A DNA stretch of 64,000 bases from Eledone cirrhosa (taxonomy: Eukaryota), in contig OZ024747.1 of NCBI GenBank assembly GCA_964016885.1, positions 14,260,001 through 14,324,000 of the forward strand. The letters run 5' to 3'. The position numbers were made by a program, and so were the translations under genes. This document shows, in pieces, positions 13,867-29,189 of the stretch. The notes under the pieces were generated by a model, which saw only the letters and a program-made list of their open reading frames with translations, ran no database searches and was not told the origin of the DNA. Each line of letters begins with the position of its first letter. Position 1 is the first letter of the stretch.

Positions 13867-16800
13867 ATGACCTCACTCAGAATAGGCAGCATAAATGCGC
13901 GTGGCTTGGGGTCGTCATGGAAGCAGGGTCACCTGCTCAACGACCTCAGGTCACTAAACATAGATGTAGTGGCCATCAGCGAGACCAGAATCTCCGAAGC
14001 ACGGGCCTTCGCACCGATCTTCGGCGGCTACGATGTGTACGCATCTCCCAGCCGTCCTGGATCGGGTGGAGGAGTTGCTGTGCTTTTTCGGAGAGGTTTG
14101 GATCTCGCCATACGGGCCATCTTCCTGGACCCAGAGGGTAAGCTGGTGGTGCTGGACGTGACCAGCGGAGACGGGCAAGCTTTCAGGCTAGTGGCCGTCT
14201 ATGCCCCGACAGGAGCAGGGCGGCCTGATTTCTTCCGGCGTCTGGAGACCTTTCTTGGAACGTCCCGCTCTTTAGTGTTAGTGGGCGACTGGAACGGGAT
14301 CTTAGATGCACGCTGGGACTGTGTGGGATTAGCGGATAGGGGTGGAGGGTGCAAGAGCCTCACCAACCTGCTCAGGCGTTTTGAACTGTCTGACAGGTAC
14401 CGATTGGATTTCCCGAATGTGCCAATGTGGACTTGGACAAATCGTATAGGGTCATCCAGATCATATCTAGATAGAGTATTTTGTAGGGAAATAGATAGGT
14501 CTAGCATAGGCTGTCCACAATTCAAGATAGTCAGCTACACGGACCACAAATTCGTGATCTGTGTGCTTGACTTACATAGGCTTCATAGACGAGGACCCGG
14601 CTACTGGAAGCTAAACGCGTCCTTACCAGCGCGCAAGGCCTACAGAGACCGGATTAGCGAACTAGTTAAGCGGGCGTTGACGGGGGCCATCGTCAACAAC
14701 AAGTGGTGGTTTGCTCTGAAAAGAGCGATTAGAATAGAATCGATTAGGTTTAGTAAGGCTTTAGCAATAGAGAAAAATAGAGCAGAGGGAGAACTAGTTA
14801 GAAAATTAGACGAGGCGCTTAGCAAAGGCATTGCGACCGACGTGCTTGCGGCGAAATTGGCCCTTGACCAATTCTTCAATGCAAAGCACGAAGGCTGCGT
14901 TGTCAGAGCAAGGGTGCGTGCTCTCAGACACGAGGGGACGAAAGCCGTTCAATGGGCCCGAGTGGCGGAGGCGCGTCGTGGCAACAAAGCCACGATCCGG
15001 TCTTTGGTGGACCACGACGGGCGCATGCTACTCGATCCCGGGCAAATGTGTGAAGCTTTTCAGCGACACTTCGCTCAGCTGTTCGGGGGCAGCGGTGGGC
15101 CGGGTAGAGGGATGGACTTTAGTGTCTACCTCGACGGACTGCCGCGGCTCTCGGCCACTGAGGCGAAGTGTTGCGAAAAGCCGATAACAGCCGCTGAAGT
15201 AAGGGAGGCAATGACTGGCTGCACAAGGGGTAAATCGCCTGGTTTGGATGGTCTGCCCTATGAACTTTACGTACAGATGCCAGACTTGTTCGGAGGCCTC
15301 TTGGCGGACGTCTACTGCAACTGGCAACAGAACGGGAGAATTCCCAGTTCTGTGAGCCGAGGAGCGGTGGCACTGCTGAGAAAGGATCCGAACAAGGGGG
15401 ATAACATAGACAATTTCCGGCCCATAACTCTGCCTAACACAGAGTTCAAGATTTTGGCCAAGGTGCTAGCAAAGAGGTTGGCGCTTGTCGTTGGTGGTCT
15501 GGTGGGAGAGGCGCAGACATGCGCCATTCCCGACTGATCCATCCACGACAACCTCCACCTCATGCGATACATCATAGAGAGGGTAGCTAAGGAACCTGGC
15601 ACGGGTGGGTCCTTGATCAATTTAGATCAGTCGAAAGCTTTCGATAGGGTCGACTATCGTTACCTAGCGGCAGTCCTGAGGGCGGCTGGTTTTGGGCCCG
15701 TCTTCAGAGGCTGGATCGCTGCCATGCATAGCGACATCTGCTCTGTGGTGAGAGTGAACGGTCACCTGTCGGAACCGTTCAACATCATGCGCTCGGTCCG
15801 CCAAGGATGTCCCCTCTCGTCCCTCTTGTACGTATTGACTCTCGAGCCATTACTGCACAAACTGGAGATGTTGAGGGGAGTCCCGCGCGAACTAGGATGC
15901 GGAAGATCCGTGTCAGCATATGTGGACGATGTCACCGTAGTGGTGTCGAACGCCAAACACATCGAGGCGATCGGCACTACACTAAGAGAATACGAAGCGG
16001 TGACAGGAGCAATGATCAACCAGGAAAAGTCAGTGGGCCTGCAGCTCGGCACCTGGAGAGGCAGGTCCATGCCGTCCAACAGCGTCGTCGGACGCTGGAC
16101 GGACGGACCGGTTAAATTGCTAGGGGTCTGGTTCGGTCCGGACCTCCAGACGGACAAAAACTGGGACGAGGTGACGAGCAGGGTGGCTTCTCTCACCCAG
16201 AAATGGGCCGAGAGGAAGCTATCCCTGAAAGGTCGAGCGGAGGTGGCTAACGCGTACATCGCGTCTGTCATCTGATACCGCCTGACCGTCGTACCTTGTC
16301 CTAAGCCTCGCCTGACTGCGCTGGAGCGTTTGCTCTTTCGCTTTTTGTGGAAGGGACGTGCTCCGATGGTCAGGCGGTCCATCTGTTGTCAACACCCGCT
16401 ACGTGGAGGGCTGGGCATGCCGTGGCTGATGATGCGCAGGCACGCGCTCAGGCTACGACATCTCCACCTCTTCCTCGACGGTGATCAGGTGTGGTCGCCG
16501 TTTGCTAGACACGTATTTCCCCAGCTCGTTTCCTTAACGGAGCTGCAGTCCTGGGTCAAGCGAAGACCGAGAGGGAGCGCCTGGAGACTGGAATGTCTTC
16601 AGGCGCTCACAGCCCTCGACCAATCGGGCAATGTGATCGGTGGAAACTCCACCTCGGCGTTCTATAGAGGATTAGTGGAGGGGAAGAGCGACGACGTACT
16701 TGGGGAAACTCTAGGCGTCGACGAAAATCAACTAGCCAATCTCTTCGGAAGAACTTTCGGGCCGGGGCCTATGGACAACTTCCAGAAATCTCTGGCCTGG

Positions 16801-17286
16801 CAGTGCTACCGAGGAGCCTTGCCAGTTCGGGATAAACTCTACAGGCATGGAGGTGCCGTCAGCCGGGCATGTCCGAGATGCGCGCAGGGCGACGAAACCG
16901 TCCTGCACGCACTCGTCCAGTGTCCGAAAATTGCTGACTTGTGGGTTTATGTCGAACACCTGCTGTCGCGTTTAGGACGGATCCGGCTATCATCTGAGTC
17001 CATCGTGAGGATTGCCCCGCCCTCCTCCTTTAGCCGGGAAGGGCAGGCAGTTTTTATCTGTCTGGTGGCCATGGCGAAAGAGATAGTATGGTGGACACGT
17101 TTGAAAGGGCTGAAGACGAGCACTTACCTCTTCGGTGATGCTCTGATTGCCTTTTTCAAATTTCATTTGAAAAGGAAAATCAGAGTAGAGAGGGAAGTGC
17201 TCTCTTCCCAGCATTTTGTTGAAAGATGGGTGAGAGAAGCAAGAATGGCCCGAGTGAATGGGCCTACTCTGAGAATATATCTGTAA
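13867..17286 (+). pseudogene. Tx1 LINE ORF2 (APE endonuclease, reverse transcriptase, C-terminal CCHC) with two in-frame TGA stops
   Basis: EN motifs SINARG, ISET, GDWN, YLD, TDH; RT motifs KSPGLDG, NFRPITL, DQSKAFD, RQGCPLS, YVDD; C-terminal CPRC..ETVLHALVQC. The three listed ORFs are in one frame, with stops at 15535-15537 and 16273-16275. Confidence 0.95.
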
Positions 17287-17534
17287 ATTAAAGGTGGAAA
17301 ACTGGGAGAGGGCACTTGCCTTGGTGGTCAGGGTCATTGTAGCTTTTTACTGGGCTTTCTTCACAAATGTCCCTCCGAAGTCTGCCCCCTATTGGGGAAT
17401 TTTTCATTGTTATTTTTTGTTACATCCTCTGTTTTTGTTTTTTACACGCAGAAATGCCCATTTGTACCGTCCTGCATTGTCCTGCACTGTCCTTAATGTC
17501 TACTTTATGTAAACCCTTGTGGTTAATAAAGAAA

Positions 17535-17583
<49 letters not shown>

Positions 17584-18124
17584 ACATTTTTTTTTTTGTA
17601 TATTTCGGGAGTGTTTTTTCTTCAAATAAATAATGGAGAGAAAAAACAGCAACAACAACATTCCAGCAAAGTGAATAATCCCCCCCCCCCCCCCCCACCC
17701 TCCCTGAAAAAATAACAACAAACAAACAAACCAAACATAAAAACAACAGCAAACAGCAATAACAACAAAATAACCAAATAAACAAAAAAAAAAAAAATAT
17801 TTATAGTTGTTAAATGAAAGAAAAAAGAAAGAAAGAAAGAAAGAAGTAATCATCGCGTGTCAGCTTGTTTATACTTGGCAGACTTTTAACTGGCAAAATA
17901 ATTGTAAACTGAAATGTCTTTTTCTTGTTTTTTTGTATTTTATTTTATGTTTTTTTTGTTTGTTTTCAGTTTTTACAGACATTTGCAGGTGAATAAAACA
18001 ACATGGAGAAAAAAATATTAATTTAAAGAAAATGGAGGAAAATAGTGCGTTCAAGGTTTTTCATTTCATCGTCGTCGTTGTCATCGTTGTCATCTTCATC
18101 AACATCGTCGTTGTCGTCGTCGTC

Positions 18125-19135
18125 GTCTTCGTTGTCCTCATTGTCATCATCATCAACATCATTGTCATCGTTGTCTTCGTTGTCCTCATTGTCATCATCA
18201 TCAACATCATTGTCATCGTTGTCTTCGTTGTCCTCATTGTCATCATCATCAACATCATTGCCATCGTTGTCTTCGTTTCATCATTGTCATCATCATCAAC
18301 ATCATTGTCATCGTTGTCTTCGTTGTCCTCATTGTCATCATCATCAACATCATTGTCATCGTTGTCTTCGTTTCATCATTGTCATCATCATCGACATCAT
18401 TTTCATCGTTGTCTTCGTTGTCCTCATTGTCATCATCATCGACATCATTGCCATCGTTGTCTTCGTTTCATCATTGTCATCATCATCAACATCATTGTCA
18501 TCGTTGTCTTCGTTGTCCTCATTGTCATCATCATCAACATCATTGTCATCGTTGTCTTCGTTTCATCATTGTCATCATCATCGACATCATTGTCATCGTT
18601 GTCTTCGTTGTCCTCATTGTCATCATCATCAACATCATTGCCATCGTTGTCTTCGTTTCATCATTGTCATCATCATCAACATCATTGTCATCGTTGTCTT
18701 CGTTGTCCTCATTGTCATCATCATCAACATCATTGTCATCGTTGTCTTCGTTTCATCATTGTCATCATCATCAACATCATTGTCATCGTTGTCTTCGTTT
18801 CATCATTGTCATCATCATCGACATCATTTTCATCGTTGTCTTCGTTTCATCATTGTCATCATCATCGACATCATTGTCATCGTTGTCTTCGTTTCATCAT
18901 TGTCATCATCATCAACATCATTGTCATCGTTGTCTTCGTTGTCCTCATTGTCATCATCATCGACATCATTGTCATCGTTGTCTTCGTTTCATCATTGTCA
19001 TCGTTGTCTTCGTTTCATCATTGTCATCATCATCGACATCATTGTCATCGTTGTCTTTGTTTCATCATTGTCATCATCATCGACATCATTGTCATCGTTG
19101 TCTTCGTTGTCCTCATTGTCATCATCATCAACGTC
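18125..19135. repeat. Minisatellite, 47/48-bp unit built from NTC triplets
   Basis: About 20 copies of ATTGTCATCATCATCAACATCATTGTCATCGTTGTCTTCGTT(GTCCTC/TCATC). Confidence 0.9.
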
Positions 19136-19671
19136 ATAATGTAACCATGACCATCATGATCACAATCTTCATTGCCGTCATCGTTCTCATTGTTGTCATC
19201 GTTGTTATCAAAGGTGTCGTCAAACTTATCATTGTAATCCTAGTCATCACCATATTCATTATTATTATTGCTGCCATCATCATCATCGCCATCATCCCCA
19301 TCATCATCATCATCATGATCGCCATCATCATCATCATCGTCGTCGTCTTCCTTGTCGTCATCAATTTCTCTCGGTTCCTCTACTTCCTTGGACATTTTCT
19401 AATCATCACCACCAGCATCACCATCTCCATCAACACCCCAACTAACAGCACCACCATTACCACCATCACCACCACAACCACCCCTATCACCTCCGCTGCC
19501 ACCACATCTTCTCAATACCACCACCACCTTCGCCATCGTCGCCATCATCATCACCATCATCATCATCATCATCATTGCTGGAACCATCGGTTTCATTAAG
19601 AAAACGTTAACATTTTAAATATATTAGAAAAACTTTATTTTGCCTCCCGTCCCGTTTACCCACCTACCCCA

Positions 19672-20030
19672 TACAGCACAACACAGCACAACACAACACA
19701 ACACAATACAACACAACACCACACAACACAACATAACTCAATATATTACAACACAACACAACACAACACAACACAACACAACACAATACAACACAACACA
19801 ACACAACACCACACAACACAACACAACACAATATATTACAACACAACACAACACAACACAATACAACACAACACCACACAACACAACACAACACAATATA
19901 TTACAACACAACACAACACAACACAACACAACACAACACAATACAACACAACACCACACAACACAATACAACACAATATATTACAACACAACACAACACA
20001 ACACAACACAATATATTACAACACAATTCA
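19672..20030. repeat. (CACAA)n pentanucleotide repeat with periodic ATATTA interruptions
   Basis: Read directly from the sequence. Confidence 0.9.
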
Positions 20031-21776
20031 AACTTACATATAAAAGTTTACAATTTCAATGTTTTGTTAAATATCCTTCATTCTTTATTTTACACCATTT
20101 TTCGTATTCGAAAGCGGTTCGTTTGGCGCGAAAGAATTTATCAAGAAGATATAAAGTAGCAACCATTGTGTGGCATCCATTAGACATTTCTCTGATATTA
20201 CTGAAATAATTATTTCCTTGCGAAAGACGAAAAAAGATTTCATCCCGTTTTTATGGAATAAAACTATATTTGAAACTAAACAGGGAAGTTTCCGATATAA
20301 TTAAGTAATTTCGTAACTAATACTATTTCTACTATCACATCTATAAAGCCATAGAGGCAATACTTGGTTTTGCCCGGGCTTATAGAAAGTATAAATAAAA
20401 AAAATTCCTATAACCTATAATTTTGTTCTTGAATAAATATGCCTCTATGAGACGCCTGCTATGTTGGTATAAAACTGTGGTCTACAGATTGGTATATGTC
20501 TACATAATTTTTTATTTCAGACCTGTCAACTCTCCCTGTCTTTTGGGGTGGGTGAGAGATATCTCCTCTTTTGAAAATGGGTATAGCTTTCATTATGTAA
20601 AATATCCCCATTTTGCCTCCCCCTTCGAGGGCACCTTTTTTCATAGTACTACCCATTTGGATTTTTATAGGTTGGCAGATCTATTACTTAGATTATTTTA
20701 TGAAAAGTTGTGATGTTTTTAAGATTGAACATAGTATTTACAGAAAGGAATAAATACTATCTTGGGTATTGGAGTTAATGTCACTCGATTAAAAACAAAA
20801 AAAATTGGCACACCTGGCGTTGGCTTTGAGCTGCATTTAAGGAAGTTTATTTTGACCAGGTATTCGGTCAAAAATATCCAATAAGTCAGATTTACTTCAG
20901 TCCAATCCTAGATCTTTGCATAAACAAATCACGACCATTTAACCCTCTTCCTAATTTCGACTAATTCACACACACATACATACAAAAAGATATCTTGGAC
21001 TGAAACCTGTGATGACTAGTGTCTATTCAGGGAAACATTCATTCATTACTTAATTACCGCTACTGTAAATTATATATTTTATCGCATATTTTATTTAAAA
21101 CTTTTCCCCGTTTCTGTTCCTGTTAGAAATATATTTAAAAATGGCAGGATTCAAAGTAAATTATGTTCATATTTTTTTTTGTTCCTGTTGAAAATATCTG
21201 TTATGCTTATTATTTGGCGAAGAAAAATCTGATACATTTATTATATTTGATTTTGTTTTGATACAATTGACAATTTTAGAGATAGTGAACAGTTGAATTT
21301 AATTATACTACTCATTAAAGGACGTACTGATAACTGGGAAGGCAACATCTAAAATTAATAGGAATTTACAAACAATCAAGACGAGAAAGGAAGAATCAGA
21401 AGAAGAAAAAGAAATAAAGAAAGAGGAGGGAAAAGAAGTTGATGAAGAAGTACAGAGTCACATTACAGTGACAAAACAACAATAACAACAATCATGGATG
21501 ATAATAATTAAAAAAAATATTAATAATAATATTAATACAATATTTATAAATCCATAAATATCTTCGTTTAAAAAATGGCTGATAATTATAATACATTTTT
21601 GTGCACACCGGTATGAAATTATTTCAAAAACTTCGAAACAAATTGCCTAAAACCGTTCTTATAAATATCCGACTTCAAAGTTTGAGAATCAAAAATTAAT
21701 TAAATTCACTAAAACGAAATGGTACTGAATTGCAACAAATAAATGCATAAATAAAGCGTTAATATTAAAGAAGGAG

Positions 21777-21875
<99 letters not shown>

Positions 21876-22070
21876 ATATATATACGTATATATGTATATA
21901 TATATATGTACATATATATGTTTGTGTGTGTATGTGCATATTTGTATATATATATATACAGTATTATTTGTATATATATAAAGCGTTAATATTAAAGAAG
22001 CAGACATATATATATATATATATACATATTTGTATATATATATATATATTTGTATATATATATATGTATG

Positions 22071-22141
<71 letters not shown>

Positions 22142-22231
22142 ATGTGTATATTAGAATGGAGGCGATAAAAACCAGTTTGACCATTACTTACCAGAGTACT
22201 CAATACTTGGGGTAGTAGAGTGGGAAATAAG

Positions 22232-22342
22232 AAAAATTCAGGACCCGGACAGCTGACCTCCGGTTTTTCAACAGCTAGATGCGAACATTCGGATCTAGCT
22301 ATTAAAACAGCCGGAACTCAGCCGTCGGGGTCCTGAATTTTT
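22232..22342. repeat. Imperfect palindrome abutting (TA)n
   Basis: AAAAATTCAGGACCC..AGCTAGAT[GCGAACATTCGG]ATCTAGCT..GGGTCCTGAATTTTT. Confidence 0.75.
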
Positions 22343-22520
22343 TATATATATATATATTTATATATATATAAAATATATGGAGAAGAAAATTCGATGTGTT
22401 GTTACTAGATAAGATATACTTGTTTTTACTCATCCCAAGCAAGACAATAAAACCACTAAAATGTAAGGGCTTACTGAGAAACGAGAATAAGTCAGGAAGA
22501 AAATAATTCAGGAGAGAGAG

Positions 22521-22556
<36 letters not shown>

Positions 22557-22594
22557 AACAGATAGATGTATGCGCTAATATGACAATCTCTATA

Positions 22595-22740
22595 CTGTTC
22601 AGCCTGCTAGAAATTGCAATCAAATTTCATCAAATCTCATCCTCAGCATTGATTAATGTAATTTTAGTTATAGAAAAAGAATGTATGAACCTAGTCCTAG
22701 ATGTAAAAGAATTCGCAGACCTAATTTGAACAATAAAAAT
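22595..22740 (+). mobile_element. Old dispersed repeat (related copies ~23340-23520, ~29885-30060, ~52480-52640, ~52783-53030)
   Basis: The copies share overlapping degenerate blocks: GCTAGAAAT..CAAAT, GTAGTCCTAGA, ATAGGTCTGCTTGATCAG and a (CAA)n tail. Confidence 0.5.
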
Positions 22741-23756
22741 GCAAATCCCAATAAATAGTGGTATATGATTCAATAAGAAAAATTATGCGAATTTGAAATT
22801 CAGCGTCAGACCCAACTTGTGCTATAACTTTGGGTTCAACAATACTATAACATTACTTGCGAGTTATATATATATAAGTTAATTAAACAATGTATTCCCG
22901 ACATTGACTCCTCTAGGTTTTTTTTATCCTATATGATTTTAAAATAATCTAAAAGTTTGTTTATCATATTTGCAGGTTTATTTTTTTTATGTGCGTTAGA
23001 ATGATAGAAAATAATCTATTGCACAATTTTCAAATTTTCAATTAGCAGACGATTTAATGAATAAATAACATGCTAAAGTTTATTTTTGTAGTTTAGACAT
23101 TTATTTATTCAGAAAGAATCAGGATATTAAAAAGTGCCAAATTTAACAAATGGGTATTTCAATATATAACATATTGTGATTTCACTGAATTCAGAATTGA
23201 CAAATCTATTATGCTTGTGCAGTCAATATTACTAACCAAATCTTATATAATCTCAGCGATGACAGAATAATAAAACTGTAAAGTGCTAAGATTTGGTACG
23301 ACGCAACAAAAAAATGGTTCAATTCGGTAGCTCGACTATTAACAATAGCAAAATAAATCTCTCAAATCCCACCATACTACCTTAAATATGTAAGAGCACG
23401 TTAGATAAAGTAGTTCTAGAAACAATATATTTGTTACGTATCTTTGAAATGATCATGACTGTAAAATATTTATAATAATTTGCTGGAAAGTTTTAAACTT
23501 GGGCTAAACAATAGAAACAGTAACCACAAGGAATTTATATTTCTAAAACAAAGCTTCTCTGATGCATAACGGTATATTAAACTTCACACATAAATATGTT
23601 AGGTATTTCTGAAAACCTAAGGTTAAAAAACACAAACAAACTTCCAGTAACATAAAAAATGAAGAGAAGGAATTCCCATCCCAAGCTGAAGGAATTTTAT
23701 ACCATTTAACATAGGTTAATAATGTCTAGAAATTAAAAGTAAGTGTGTAGGACACG

Positions 23757-23868
23757 GCATCCCATTTAATCTCGCGACTTTGCCTTTCATCCTTACGGGG
23801 TCAATAAAATAAAGTACCAGTAATGCACTGGGTGATTGCTGGCCTTGTGCCTAAAGTAGAAACAATTA
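23757..23868 (+). mobile_element. 5'-truncated SINE copy
   Basis: CTTTGCCTTTCATCCTTACGGGGTC..GTAGAAACAATT. Confidence 0.85.
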
Positions 23869-24084
23869 ATATGCGATGTTATAACGTTTTGTTCCTGAGC
23901 AGAAAATTAACACAACATGTATACTTTAATTACTCACTTCGATGCACGTGCATTTCACATGTGTATGTAACTATCTATTTATTAATGTAACTACGTCCTC
24001 ATCACCTCTCCTCTCATCCTTTTCTCTCTCATATGCACATACAGGTATACAAGATTACACACATATACACATGTTTATACATGC

Positions 24085-25364
<1,280 letters not shown>

Positions 25365-26599
25365 TGTGAAGGAGAGAGAATGAGAGATAAGAGATCGGGA
25401 GACAGGAAGATGAAGGAATTCACTGAACAGAGATATTTTTCATTTCAAACATACATTTCGTCGTTGAAATCTTCGCTATTATTCTCTAGATGCTATTATC
25501 TTATCTTATCTCTTATCTTTTATCTTATTCATTTAATTTTTTGTGTGTTGTGTGTGTGTATGTGTACGTATGTATACAGAAACAGATGACCTGCTGCTAC
25601 TTCTGTGACGTGAGATCAAACCAAATAAAGCATTGAACTTACATATAAGGCAAATGAATGTAAATAACTGAAAAAAATATATAATGGAAAGAGGCAAACA
25701 AATTTATCGTATGTATATGTGTGTAGCAGATGAGCTGAACACAATACATCGTATTCTAAAGTCTGTTGTATGTGAAGAGTCTTTTTACCTCCTCTATCTT
25801 AACTTGACAAGTCATTTATTTTCGTGTAATGGTTAATGGATGCCTTTGAAATTCGCCCCATTCTAACTGTCTTTAGTTATTCTGTGATAGAGAAACAGTC
25901 ATATTAGATTTGTAGAAGCTCTATTAATTTCACTTCCTGCTCGGAAGAAATTACTCAGTTACCTCCCTTGAGTTCTTCTCAGTAACCTCTAACTTCCTCT
26001 TTATTCGAGTAATGCAGTTACCGGAACATAAAACACCGTAGTTTTCATTTAAAGACTCTGTAAAAATGCACCTTTTAAAAGTTTCCCCTTTTCTCACTTT
26101 CTCTTTCTCTTTCCTTTTTTTTTTATATATATTCATTCTTGACAAACTGTTACAGACATGGACAAAAGGAGTGGCATCTAGATTTCTCATTGATACTGAC
26201 AAAGAAAAGAAGGAAAATACATACATATAAACACAACATACACATAGACAAAAAAAATGGCGTAGGAAAAGAGATTTTCATGTGTTAATGTCGTCGCCTT
26301 GAGCTGTGATTTTTTCGTCGTATGTCACTATTTGAGAAAATCAGGCATGTTAATAAAGACAGTTAGCTTCTTAAAGCCCAGCATGATCTATGATGGAGTT
26401 TAGAGTGCTTATGCTATAAGGCTGAAAAACTAGTTTCACAACAAATGATCTGTCTGTCATCACCAGAAAGAAATGAAAAAAAAGTAAGCAAACAAACAAA
26501 GACAAAACAAATAAAAATGAAAAAAAAAAAATTATGTATAGGAAGAAAACCCTTAGTGAAGAAATCTCTGCCAGATAATTCTACAGCTGGAGAATAAGT

Positions 26600-26865
26600 A
26601 TATGTTGTTGTTGTCGTCATCATCATCACTATCACAATCATAATTACCAACACCACCACTACCACCCACACCTCCACCACCGCTACAATTAACACCACCG
26701 CCACCATCGCTGCCGCCATTACCATTACTACCAGCGTCATTATCATCATTATCATCAATATAATCAGCATCAACTTCCTCATCATAATCATTATTATTAT
26801 TATCTTCATCATCATCATCATCATCATCATCGCCATCATCATCATCATCGCCATCATCGTCATCG

Positions 26866-26907
<42 letters not shown>

Positions 26908-27160
26908 CCAACTTCCTCATCATAATCATCATTACATTGTCATCATCATCATCATCATCATCACCGCCAATCATCTACCTCGCCATTATCAAAAATCACC
27001 ACCACTACTACGACTACTATCGACATCACCATCATTATCACCACCCTACCACCACCACCACCTCCACCACCACCACCTCCACCACCACCACCACCATCAT
27101 CATCACCATCATCCTCATCATCATCATCATCATCATGATCATCGTCAACATCATCGTCAC

Positions 27161-27192
<32 letters not shown>

Positions 27193-27521
27193 CCATCACC
27201 ATCATCATCATCATCCTCATCATCATCATGATCATCATTATCACCATCATCATCGTCATCATCATCATCATCATCATCATCGTCGTCACCATCACCATCA
27301 TCATCATCATTAGCATCATCATCACAACAATTATTATTGTCATAAGCACCAAAGAAATCATCACCATCATCACCATCATTATCATCACGATAACTATTGT
27401 TATTATCATTATTAATATTGAATACAACTTTCGAAAATCTTCAAATTAGTCATAAATCAAGAAGAAGAAGAAGAAGAAGAAGAAGAAGAAGAAGAAGAAG
27501 AAGAAGAAGAAGAAGAAGAAG

Positions 27522-27554
<33 letters not shown>

Positions 27555-27634
27555 ACAAGCTGTGATAATAACAAGAAGAAAGGTGATAAAGAGAAGGGTG
27601 GTGGTGGGAGGTGACGAAAGCGAAGATATATACT

Positions 27635-27723
<89 letters not shown>

Positions 27724-27741
27724 TATATTTATGTATATATT

Positions 27742-27822
<81 letters not shown>

Positions 27823-27823
27823 T

Positions 27824-27858
<35 letters not shown>

Positions 27859-27895
27859 ATTTATATATATATATATATTTATATATTTATATATT

Positions 27896-27960
<65 letters not shown>
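26600..27960. repeat. (CAT/CAC)n, (AGA)n-(AGC)n and (TA)n simple-repeat block
   Basis: Read directly from the sequence. Confidence 0.9.
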
Positions 27961-27962
<2 letters not shown>

Positions 27963-29019
27963 AAGAAAGGGCCAAAAGACAAAAGCTGAATGTTTCTTTA
28001 ATCCCTTAACATCTCGAACAGAAACTTGCCCCTGTTACTACAATTCACATTCACCAAGTGATGCACGTGCACGTGCAAATGTATTGCATCGCAAATGAGA
28101 ACAATTATACATTTACTTATTGCTATGTGGAAGTTTTATTGCATTCATTGATGCCCACGTGTAGAAGTTGCATGAATAGTGACACACATTAACTGTATAA
28201 TAATAATATGTGCTTCCATTTCAAAAGTTCATTTAGATTTAGATGAAATGGAATTTGTTTTTTCTGTTACACCCTCCTTCCATGAAACTTTCACTTCAGA
28301 GCGATGCAAACTATGCATTTTCTTAGATTTCTTTTACTTATTTTTCCCCTGCCTCCACGCCACCTCACCCCCGTTTTTGTGTATTTCTTGATTTGGTTTG
28401 TCTTCTGTCTTGTCACCTCTGTAATCTTCTCTTTTTTCTATCTCTATTTTGACTTCTGAACAATCTTCTTATAGAAATTATTCATTTTCATTCTCACCAA
28501 GACTTTTAAAGGAATCGTGGACCAAAAATGAAAGAAAAAGAACGTGGTGTTTATTAAATAATCAATTTTCTTCTACCTTAAACTATTATTGTTGTCCTGC
28601 TAAAAATTAACCAAAAACTACTTTGCAGAACTAATTGAATAATGTAAACGAAAATTCTACCACCATCGAACAAAAATATATAAAAATATAATAAAATGCA
28701 ATAAATAAAACCAAACAAACAGAGACAAATATAAATAAAATTTAAATGAAAGCAAATACATTGTAAACTAGAGAAAACAAGAATACTTTGAAAACCTTCT
28801 TTGATGATTCTATTTATATATTCAACTATTTATTTATTCATTTTTAAAGATTTGTCTGTTCGTTGGTTATTTACAATACTAAAACATCTAATTCTATGAC
28901 TCTAAAGTACCGAAACACTTTTGAAACATTTGATGTTTGTTTGTTTAAAGTCAACCTTTAAACGTAATAAATTGTAACTTGAAAGTGTTTGTTATAGTTA
29001 TAATAATAATAATGATGTC

Positions 29020-29185
29020 TGACTTAAGTACAAGGCCAGCAATTTTCGGAGGAGGGGAAGGTCGATTAAATCGACCCCGGTGCGTTTACTGGTACTTTAT
29101 TTTGTCGACTTCTTAATGATGGAAGGTACAGTTAACCTCGGCGGGATTCGAATTCAGAACGTAAAGAAGCTCAACAAAATGCCAC
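29020..29185 (-). mobile_element. Diverged long-variant SINE copy
   Basis: ACAAGGCCAGCAATTT..GTCGATTAAATCGACCCC..GTTAACCTCGGCGGGATTCGAA. Confidence 0.8.
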
Positions 29186-29189
29186 CACT

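Larger units (their letters stand above)
11515..17536 (+). mobile_element. Near full-length L1/Tx1-clade non-LTR retrotransposon
   Basis: 5' UTR, gag-like ORF1, EN-RT ORF2 and a 3' UTR ending AATAAAGAAATC. It is flanked on both sides by (ATT)n (11497-11514 and from 17537). Confidence 0.95.

Noticed and set aside
15535-16275. Selenocysteine or programmed readthrough of the ORF2 TGA codons
   Set aside because: The positions correspond to Arg and Trp rather than Cys, no SECIS was identified, and other decay mutations are present.
18125-19135. CRISPR-like regular repeat
   Set aside because: No unique spacers, no cas genes, and the context is eukaryotic.
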